A stretch of DNA of 64,000 nt from Thermoplasmatota archaeon (GTDB lineage Archaea > Thermoplasmatota > Thermoplasmata > UBA10834). Shown in pieces: positions 56,756-64,000 of this stretch. Where the stretch lies: contig JBFMHR010000001.1 in NCBI GenBank assembly GCA_040751795.1, positions 337,357 through 401,356 on the forward strand, given 5' to 3'. The notes beneath the pieces are model-generated. The model saw only the letters and a program-made list of their open reading frames with translations, was not told the origin of the DNA and did no database searches. Both the position numbers and the translations under genes were made by a program. Within the stretch, counting starts at the first letter, position 1. Each line of letters starts with the position of its first letter.

Positions 56756-58912
56756 ATGTGCAGAATGCCTGTGCCAGCAAGTTCGACAGAGGCGGTCGTT
56801 CAGCAGTCGTTTCCGACAGAGCATGGATCTGTGGAAGGACTTCGTTGTGAGTCTAGGTGCAAGACGCACAAGCACGACCCCTGGGGCAAGTGGCCATCCA
56901 CCACGAAGATCGTGATCCCCATTCTTGCAGAGCACCCCTGTTATGACCGCACCTGGGGCCTGGAACCCAGAGACGGACGCTGGAAGACCAGGCTTGCCGA
57001 CTCCATCGAGCGTCGTAGGAGACGCATCCCGTCTGGAACAAGGGATCGTCAGGAGATCCTCGATGCTATCGACAGAGTGACCCTCAGGACGTATCATGCA
57101 GCTAGAGTACTGCAGACCCATTTCAACAACCCGTCGCATGAGAACTACCGGGATCCATTTCTCGAGACAATGTACATAATGCTCACTTGGAGGACCAGGA
57201 TCCCCGACGCCAGAGCCCGTTTGAGGGACATAATGGACTCCTTCAAGGGCCCGCGTGCGCTCCTCAGCGAAGATGGACTCCTGCTCCTCAGGAACATCAT
57301 CAAGAGGTCAGGTTTCTCTGGAAAGAGACCTGAGATGATTACGGAACTGACGAGACGATTCATCGAAGAGTTCCCTGACGGCGACACGCAGGTGATGAGA
57401 GCCTGGAAGGACGACGAGATCATCCGGTTCCTGACAAGCATGCCAGGGATCGGTTTGAAGTCTGCCCTTTGCGTGATGATGTACTCCCTAGATAGAGATC
57501 GATTTCCGATAGACACCCACGTTGGACGTGTGCTCAAGAGAACTCAGATGCTCAGAGAGCTTGTCACGGTGGGACAGGACACGGATCACAAGACCGTCCA
57601 GGCAACGGCAGAATTCGCGGCGCCTCCGAGCGCGAGGATGGCGATTCATGCAGGATTGGTGTCACTCGGTCAGACGATATGCAGAGTCGGTACACCGTCT
57701 TGCGGCAAGTGCCCGATCAGACATGTCTGTGAGTATTACAGAATGATGACCATTGAGAACACTGAGGGTGCGCTCTACAGTCACGTCGACCTATTCTGCG
57801 GGGCCGGAGGCTTCTCTGAGGGGTTCTCGAAGGAGAGGTTCAGGACGGTTCTCGCTGTTGACTTCGACCAAGACGCGTGCGAGACGTTCAGAATGAACCA
57901 TCCGGGGATTCCCGAAGAGAACGTTGTGTGCGAGGATCTGGCCCGACGCCAAGTGAAGACATTCATCAAGAATCACATCAGAGGACGCGAACAACTCAGA
58001 CCGGGAGCTGTCGACGTTCTCACAGCAGGAATTCCTTGTCAGGGATTCAGCAAGGCTGGCTACAGGTCACGACCCGGTCTGAGATATGAACCACTCAAAG
58101 ATCCAAGGAATCTACTCTACAGGCGCGTGCTTCTCTGGATTCGGGATCTCAAACCGAGATACATCGTTCTGGAGAACGTCCCCGAGATCAGATCAGCAGG
58201 TGGCAAAGAGGCTAGCATTCTCGACACGATCTGCCGTTCCCTGGGCAAGCTTGGGTACCGGGTAGACAGCGGCGTCGTCAATGCTCGAGACCATCGGGTC
58301 CCGCAGACGAGGTACCGCATGATTGTCATTGCATCCCATCAGTCGGTTCCCGAGGTGAAGATAGAGGATCTAGGAGGACACGGAAAGAAGGGATCGACCC
58401 TCGGAAGAGCGATAGGAGATCTCCCTCCGCTGACCGACAGTGGGAACCCATACTATCTCAACTGGTCTGGCTCAGTCCTGACAGGTCATGTTTCCAGATC
58501 CAACAATGATGATGACCTAGAGATATTCGAGGCCCTTGAACCGGGGGAGAAGTACCAAGACTTCGCGAAGAGAAGAAAGGATATACTGCAGGCCAGGCGA
58601 AGACGCGGGAAGCATGCAGTCTACGGTACCAGGAGCTTCGAAGACAAGTACTACAAGCTCGATCCAGATAGTCCATCAAGAACCATCGTCGCCCATCTGC
58701 ACAAGGATGGAAACGGCTACATCCACCCATTCCAAACACGGTCGATCTCAATCCGTGAGGCAATGCGCCTCCAAGGATTCCCCGATGACTACATATTCTG
58801 TGGAAGCGCCACCAGACAGTATATCCAGATCGGAAATGCTGTCCCCCCGCCTCTGGCAAGAGATATCGCGCGCCTCCTAGCCCAGAATCTCAACTCCGCA
58901 TGGAGAGTGTGA
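56756..58912 (+). CDS. fusion protein: HhH-GPD DNA glycosylase with [4Fe-4S] cluster loop (N-terminal) plus DNA (cytosine-5)-methyltransferase (C-terminal)
   Basis: N-terminal HhH (MPGIGLKSA), catalytic Asp (IDTHVGRV), and Cx6Cx2Cx5C (CRVGTPSCGKCPIRHVC). C-terminal m5C MTase motifs: I FCGAGGFSEGF, IV GIPCQGFS, VI ENVPE, VIII QTRYR. Confidence 0.85.
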   Translation: MCRMPVPASSTEAVVQQSFPTEHGSVEGLRCESRCKTHKHDPWGKWPSTTKIVIPILAEHPCYDRTWGLEPRDGRWKTRLADSIERRRRRIPSGTRDRQEILDAIDRVTLRTYHAARVLQTHFNNPSHENYRDPFLETMYIMLTWRTRIPDARARLRDIMDSFKGPRALLSEDGLLLLRNIIKRSGFSGKRPEMITELTRRFIEEFPDGDTQVMRAWKDDEIIRFLTSMPGIGLKSALCVMMYSLDRDRFPIDTHVGRVLKRTQMLRELVTVGQDTDHKTVQATAEFAAPPSARMAIHAGLVSLGQTICRVGTPSCGKCPIRHVCEYYRMMTIENTEGALYSHVDLFCGAGGFSEGFSKERFRTVLAVDFDQDACETFRMNHPGIPEENVVCEDLARRQVKTFIKNHIRGREQLRPGAVDVLTAGIPCQGFSKAGYRSRPGLRYEPLKDPRNLLYRRVLLWIRDLKPRYIVLENVPEIRSAGGKEASILDTICRSLGKLGYRVDSGVVNARDHRVPQTRYRMIVIASHQSVPEVKIEDLGGHGKKGSTLGRAIGDLPPLTDSGNPYYLNWSGSVLTGHVSRSNNDDDLEIFEALEPGEKYQDFAKRRKDILQARRRRGKHAVYGTRSFEDKYYKLDPDSPSRTIVAHLHKDGNGYIHPFQTRSISIREAMRLQGFPDDYIFCGSATRQYIQIGNAVPPPLARDIARLLAQNLNSAWRV

Positions 58913-59091
58913 CCGTCAAGCGATGATGGATTGACTGCATGATTCGTTCTCCGTCATAACACTGTTGTTTTACTCACTGAAATCAATATATCAGACTAGG
59001 CGATACGGGAGATGGTCGAACATGAAGACCGGCGGAGTGGTCTGGTCACCATACCTGCTACGCGGTCCGTGGGAGCCAATGAAGGGGGAAT

Positions 59092-60603
59092 ATGGCAGAG
59101 TACGAGGAGATACCTCCGAGAGCAGATGCGATGGTCGCGTCAATGCGAGCTATCGGATACGACCTCTCAATGGCCATCGCAGATATCATAGACAATAGCA
59201 TCTTCGCCGGAGCCAAGAACATACAAGTCGATTTTGACTGGGCAGATGGGAGCCCCTGGATACGAATCACAGATGACGGAAGGGGCATGAGTGACGAAGA
59301 GCTGCGCGAGGCCATGCGCCTTGGAGGCAAGGGCCCGAATGACATCAGAGATCCTGAGGATCTTGGAAGGTTCGGTCTCGGACTCAAGACTGCCTCATTC
59401 TCACAGTGCCGGATCCTCACCGTCAGCACCAAGGTAGCAGGCGGGAGAACATCGACAAGGTGCTGGGACCTTGACGTTATAGAACACACAAAGAAGTGGC
59501 AGCTCAGGCTCCTGCCACCAGAAGACGCGGAGCCACTGCTAGACGACCTGCTCGAAGTGGATAGCGGTACCGTTGTCCTCTGGCAGAGGCTCGACAGGGT
59601 CATCGATGGGCCCGACGATATCACCGATGGTGAGACAATCTTCCGGAAGAAGTTCATCGATGTTGGCAGACATCTCGAGATGGTCTTCCATAGATACCTG
59701 AGCGGGCCTGGTAAAATGGATATCTCGATAGGGAGGACCCCTCTGAGGCCATGGGATCCGTACCTTCTCACCAACCAATTCACACAGGAACTCTCGACCG
59801 AGAAGTACGAAGATGGCTCCATAAGGATCATTCCATACGTCCTTCCGCATGTGTCTAAACGGACTGCAACCGAGACGGCAGCCGGGGCCGGAGTGAAGGG
59901 TTGGAACGCACAGCAGGGATTCTACGTATACAGGAATCGTCGGATGATAATCTCAGGAGGCTACCTCGACTTCGACATAAAGCCCGAGGAACACTACAAA
60001 CTTGCCAGAATCATGGTAGACCTGAAGAATAACATGGATAGCGAATGGAGGATCGACGTGCGCAAGGCAGTGGCCATCCCTCCAGACCGGCTCAGATCAC
60101 AGCTCGAGAAGGTAGCCAGAGCAGCAAGAGAAGAGGCGGTCAAGGTCTACAGGGCAAGAACTGGCCGAGGTAGGAAAGCTGCGCGAACGAACACGCAGGA
60201 AGTATGGATCAAAAGGCGAAGAGGTGACAAAATCATCTACGAGATCAACCGTGAGAACGAGGCAACCAAGAGGATCCTTGCGGAGATCTCTCCGCCGGAG
60301 CGTTGGGTGAAGAAACTCTTCGGGACAATCGAACGAACAGTACCACACAGGGAAATCATCATAGACTCGTGTGACAACGAGGACTGTCATGTGGATCTGC
60401 CTCCCGAGACAAGCCCACCAGATCGAGGTCTCATCGACATGTGCATCGAGATCTACGAAGAGATGAAAGCGAACGGGAGATCTCATGAGGAAGCGTCGGA
60501 ATATGTTCTTTCTATAGAGCCATTCAATACACATCCATCATTCAGAGCGACTCTGGACAGTCTCGCAGAGGAGGCAAGCTTACGAACACAAAGAACGAGA
60601 TGA
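59092..60603 (+). CDS. GHKL-superfamily ATPase (MORC / MutL-like, HATPase_c_3 type)
   Basis: Bergerat-fold motifs: N box DIIDNS, G1 DDGRGM, G2 GRFGLGLK. Confidence 0.8.
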   Translation: MAEYEEIPPRADAMVASMRAIGYDLSMAIADIIDNSIFAGAKNIQVDFDWADGSPWIRITDDGRGMSDEELREAMRLGGKGPNDIRDPEDLGRFGLGLKTASFSQCRILTVSTKVAGGRTSTRCWDLDVIEHTKKWQLRLLPPEDAEPLLDDLLEVDSGTVVLWQRLDRVIDGPDDITDGETIFRKKFIDVGRHLEMVFHRYLSGPGKMDISIGRTPLRPWDPYLLTNQFTQELSTEKYEDGSIRIIPYVLPHVSKRTATETAAGAGVKGWNAQQGFYVYRNRRMIISGGYLDFDIKPEEHYKLARIMVDLKNNMDSEWRIDVRKAVAIPPDRLRSQLEKVARAAREEAVKVYRARTGRGRKAARTNTQEVWIKRRRGDKIIYEINRENEATKRILAEISPPERWVKKLFGTIERTVPHREIIIDSCDNEDCHVDLPPETSPPDRGLIDMCIEIYEEMKANGRSHEEASEYVLSIEPFNTHPSFRATLDSLAEEASLRTQRTR

Positions 60604-63404
60604 TCATTGGCATGTCCCATGCCTGGTTCAGGGACAAGAATGTCGGACAGCAGGAGATCAGGGACTTCATCGTTAAGATGAGGGGTCTCTTCCCAGATCA
60701 TGACTTGGACGAGGAATCACTTTTCAGGCAACTCGAGTCGATCCACTCCGTCAGGATTGGACGAGAGACCACACTTGACGACAAGAGGGACCACGTTGAA
60801 TGGTTGAACCCGTCGACGGGAGAGGGACTGAAACGAGAGATTGACTGGCACTTCTGGGGCCATTACAGTGACTACCTCTCGGTTGCCAAGGGATGGCCAA
60901 GAAACATGGTTCACAGTATCGATAGTCTATCTAGCCAGGTCTTGTCTAGACTTGAGGATCCTCAGAGACCCGGCCCATGGGACCGCCGAGGGATGGTCAT
61001 GGGGAGTGTCCAATCCGGGAAGACCGCCAATTACACTGCACTCATCACGAAGGCCGCCGACGCAGGCTACAAGTTCATCGTAGTCCTCGCAGGCGTGCAC
61101 GACAGTCTGAGAAGTCAGACCCAGACGAGACTGAACGAGGAATTCCTCGGCTACGACATTGACAGAGTGAGGAAGCTCACGGGAGGCGAACGACGGATCG
61201 GCGTCCGCGAGATGTTCCCGAATCACAATCCAGTCTACACGCTTACGAGCAGTGACCAGAAGGGCGACTTCAGCAAGGTGGTTGCGTCACAGAGCGGCAT
61301 CTTTCCGAGCGTTGATGGCCACCCGATAATTCTCGTCATAAAGAAGAACGTCAGCATCCTTCGCAATCTCTACACATGGATACCTTCGGTCATCAGCCAG
61401 ACAGACACCACAGGGCGGAAACTCATAAGGGACATCCCACTGCTACTCATCGACGACGAATGTGATTTCGCGTCAATCAACACGAAGCAGCCGGAGAAGG
61501 ACGAGAACGGGAAGATAATCGAAGAATGGGATCCCACTGCCATCAACCGGCTCATACGGCAGCTGCTGCGCCTCTTCGACAAGTGTTCATACGTAGGCTA
61601 CACCGCAACACCCTATGCCAATGTCTTCATCCACATTGATGATACTCACCCCCGCTATGGAGAAGACCTCTTCCCGAGAAGCTTCATCGTCAGCCTGCCG
61701 CAGCCAAGCAACTACATGGGCCCGGAGAAGGTATTCGGCTTCGATGAGGCCGACCGGGCCGTGACTGCATCCGAACCACTGCCCCTTGTGCGCCTTGTCG
61801 ACGATCAATCTGCGTGCATACCCGAGGGACACGACAAGGAGCTCATCGTGGAGGATCTGCCTCACAGCCTCAAGCTCGCCATGAGATACTTCCTGCTCAG
61901 TTGTGCGGAGCGACGACTCCGCGCTGAGGGAGTGCCACACAATTCGATGCTGATCCATGTCACGAGATTCACAGCGGTTCAACAGCAGATCAAGGATCTT
62001 GTCGACAGAGAACTGAAAGAGCTGGCATCAAGAATAATGAGCAGAGACCCGCTCGCGGACTTCCGCGAGATATGGGATAATGACTTCATCCCGACCTCAC
62101 GTGAGATGACAGATCGTGGATACAGAGACTCATCGACCCACGACTGGGATGACATCGAGAAGAGCCTCGGAGTCATCGCGAGAGTCATGAATGTCAGATT
62201 GATAAACGGAACCGTGAGAGATGCGCTTGACTACAAGGACGCCGAGATCGCAGCCACCAGCCGTAGAAGAAGTGGCGAGGAGGTCCCATGGGAGGAGAGA
62301 GGCCTGAGCACCATCGTAATTGGAGGCGACAAACTCTCAAGAGGACTGACACTCGAGGGACTCACGGTGAGCTACTACCTCAGAGCTTCAACCCTGTACG
62401 ACACACTGATGCAGATGGGAAGGTGGTTTGGATACAGGAGAGGATACTCCGATCTCTGCAGGATATTCACGACGGAGGAACTGGTGTCATCATACCAACA
62501 CATCGCGCTAGCTACAAGGGAACTCAGGGAGGATATCGAGTACATGTCGGAGCTCAGACTCACCCCGAGTGAGTTCGGCCTCAAGGTCAGGAGCCATCCT
62601 GGTCGACTAGCCGTGACATCATTGGGGAAGTCGAGGAACAAACAGAAAGTCTCCCTCTCCTACGAGGGACATATATCCGAGACGGTTGCTTTCAACCCGA
62701 GGAATTCACGAACCAACGTCCAGTCTCTCACCAGACTGATATCCGACATTGACAGGAAACCTGACTTCGAACATGACACGAAGAGGAGATACCACTGGAC
62801 GGATGTTCCTCCCGAGAGAGTGCTTTCATTCCTCGGCAGGTACAAGAGTCACTCGGTGGGGACGAGACTCGTCGATCCCAGGGCTATTGCAGGGTACATC
62901 GAGAAGCAGAACCTCCAAGGTGAGCTCGTCACATGGAATGTCGTGGTCGTCTCGAAGGAAGTTGCCAGCGGACCCGATGACGAGGACGCGACGCACTTTC
63001 TCTCAGTCGGAGGCTATGACGTGACCTGCGTGACGAGGAAAGCACTGAAGGTGAGTGCTGACAAGATATCGATCCGCAGGCTCGTCAGTCCAGCCGACGA
63101 GGCGCTCGATCTGTCCCGAGATGAAATCGAGAAGGCGAGGATCATCGACGGGGCGAAGTCAGGGAAGCAGCCCTCCGAGATTGGCCTCCCATCTGGGCCG
63201 TCGATCAGACAGGCGAGACCAAAGGAACGAGGTCTGCTGCTAGTCTATGTCATCTCTGGAAGAGATGATGCGGGTACAATCTACGGCGACGAGGGGCACG
63301 AGGTTGTGGGTTTCGCCGTCAGTTTCCCCAAGAGCATGACCGCGGAGCCAATTGAGTACTGGGTCAACCCTGTATATCAGGAAGAGGACCAGCACTACAC
63401 CTGA
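60600..63404 (+). CDS. Z1-domain P-loop NTPase protein
   Basis: 934 aa with Walker A GSVQSGKTANYTA and Walker B-like LLLIDDECD. Architecture matches the Z1 family found in predicted restriction systems. ATGA overlap with the GHKL gene. Confidence 0.75.
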   Translation: MIIGMSHAWFRDKNVGQQEIRDFIVKMRGLFPDHDLDEESLFRQLESIHSVRIGRETTLDDKRDHVEWLNPSTGEGLKREIDWHFWGHYSDYLSVAKGWPRNMVHSIDSLSSQVLSRLEDPQRPGPWDRRGMVMGSVQSGKTANYTALITKAADAGYKFIVVLAGVHDSLRSQTQTRLNEEFLGYDIDRVRKLTGGERRIGVREMFPNHNPVYTLTSSDQKGDFSKVVASQSGIFPSVDGHPIILVIKKNVSILRNLYTWIPSVISQTDTTGRKLIRDIPLLLIDDECDFASINTKQPEKDENGKIIEEWDPTAINRLIRQLLRLFDKCSYVGYTATPYANVFIHIDDTHPRYGEDLFPRSFIVSLPQPSNYMGPEKVFGFDEADRAVTASEPLPLVRLVDDQSACIPEGHDKELIVEDLPHSLKLAMRYFLLSCAERRLRAEGVPHNSMLIHVTRFTAVQQQIKDLVDRELKELASRIMSRDPLADFREIWDNDFIPTSREMTDRGYRDSSTHDWDDIEKSLGVIARVMNVRLINGTVRDALDYKDAEIAATSRRRSGEEVPWEERGLSTIVIGGDKLSRGLTLEGLTVSYYLRASTLYDTLMQMGRWFGYRRGYSDLCRIFTTEELVSSYQHIALATRELREDIEYMSELRLTPSEFGLKVRSHPGRLAVTSLGKSRNKQKVSLSYEGHISETVAFNPRNSRTNVQSLTRLISDIDRKPDFEHDTKRRYHWTDVPPERVLSFLGRYKSHSVGTRLVDPRAIAGYIEKQNLQGELVTWNVVVVSKEVASGPDDEDATHFLSVGGYDVTCVTRKALKVSADKISIRRLVSPADEALDLSRDEIEKARIIDGAKSGKQPSEIGLPSGPSIRQARPKERGLLLVYVISGRDDAGTIYGDEGHEVVGFAVSFPKSMTAEPIEYWVNPVYQEEDQHYT

Positions 63405-63408
63405 TGGG

Positions 63409-64000
63409 GTGGCGGAAACGTTGCGTGATCTCGAATCAATCTGGAAGGAACTTGAGGGTCGATATGCCGGGGAAGATGGGGTCTATCGAAGACTCGATCT
63501 CGCACACGAAACAGGAATAAGAATGGCGGTACTCCATCCTGGTCGGACGTGGGCCATCTTGGTCGAAGTATCTCCAGAGGATGTCACCTCACTGATTCCA
63601 CCTCGATGGCGTGGCATGGGGGTGAGCGTGCTGCCACACACGGGCCCGGTGCCGTCCATGAAACACATCTGCCTCTATGTGGAGGCGTTGGAGCATAGGC
63701 CAGTATTCACCGCCTTGTGTACCGACATAATCAGGACCCTTGAATCGTCTTCCGTCGCGCAACGCATGGAAAATCTCCAACAGTGTTTTCTCCGCTGGTC
63801 AAGATTCTTCGAGAGGTGGAACCAGGAGGGAATGACGCTTGAAAGACAACGTGGACTGCTGGGTGAGCTCGAATTTCTCGACATGCTTCTGAGGCGTCAG
63901 ATACCGATCTTCACATCAGTGTCCTCGTGGAAAGGGTGCGATGGAGGCGTACACGATTTTGCGCTCGGAAGGAATGCTATCGAAGTCAAGACCACGGTGA
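63409..64000 (+). CDS. PD-(D/E)xK nuclease-like protein (possibly AIPR-type), 3'-partial
   Basis: ORF runs off the window. GTG at 63409 (or ATG at 63523). The C-terminal part visible reads ...GCDGGVHDFALGRNAIEVKTTV (D...EVK motif). Confidence 0.5.
   Translation, partial: MAETLRDLESIWKELEGRYAGEDGVYRRLDLAHETGIRMAVLHPGRTWAILVEVSPEDVTSLIPPRWRGMGVSVLPHTGPVPSMKHICLYVEALEHRPVFTALCTDIIRTLESSSVAQRMENLQQCFLRWSRFFERWNQEGMTLERQRGLLGELEFLDMLLRRQIPIFTSVSSWKGCDGGVHDFALGRNAIEVKTTV

Larger units (their letters stand above)
53311..64000. mobile_element. integrated element / genomic island inserted next to tRNA-Leu (right boundary outside window)
   Basis: GC content drops sharply immediately after the tRNA. 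The integrase lies 60 nt from the tRNA 3' end. Cargo is a defense module plus a paralog of a chromosomal small protein. Confidence 0.65.

Overview
This is a 64 kb, high-GC (about 65-70%) archaeal chromosomal segment. Roughly the last 10.7 kb is lower in GC and looks like an integrated element. Archaeal assignment rests on RadA, a class I CCA-adding enzyme, fibrillarin, Kae1, an aCPSF-type beta-CASP nuclease, archaeal ribosomal protein S15 and TATA-like promoters. The lineage may be Thermoplasmata-like, because the heliorhodopsin resembles the Thermoplasmatales one, but this is weakly supported. Coding density is high; many genes overlap by 4 nt (ATGA or GTGA). Long antisense ORFs are composition artefacts.

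Core content:
- Housekeeping: Trm11-like tRNA methyltransferase (partial), RadA, CCA enzyme, NadC, MsrA, Kae1, fibrillarin, NUDIX, S15, a RecJ-like DHH phosphoesterase, an IMPase-NAD kinase-JAMM operon, and GlmM with a GlmU-like enzyme.
- Membrane and energy: NfeD-stomatin pair, HdrD-like and NarI-like pair, MFS transporter.
- Signalling: GAF sensor histidine kinase.
- Secreted and surface: two tandem clostripain-like C11 peptidases and two large surface proteins.
- A heliorhodopsin, a Fic protein, and many small zinc-ribbon membrane proteins.
- Two tRNAs: tRNA-Val(GAC) at 17447-17522 and class II tRNA-Leu(CAG) at 53226-53310.

Most interesting locus (30719-34716, minus strand): a four-gene operon in which a 556-aa membrane protein ends in a Gly-rich tail carrying (Cys-Ala)x6. 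Its stop overlaps the start of a radical SAM/SPASM enzyme (ATGA). Two zinc-ribbon membrane proteins lie just upstream. I do not recognise this as a described system. It is a candidate novel post-translational modification system.

Second locus (from 53311 to the window end): a tyrosine integrase sits right beside the 3' end of tRNA-Leu, followed by low-GC cargo. The cargo includes a single-polypeptide fusion of an HhH-GPD/[4Fe-4S] DNA glycosylase with a C5-cytosine methyltransferase, a MORC-like GHKL ATPase, a Z1-domain P-loop protein and a PD-(D/E)xK nuclease (partial). This matches a predicted MORC/Z1-type restriction module.

Also notable: a duplicated ~125-bp structured element in a convergent intergenic region (42590-42932), a possible frameshift at the 5' end of the amidohydrolase gene, and a small basic protein present once in the chromosome and once in the island.
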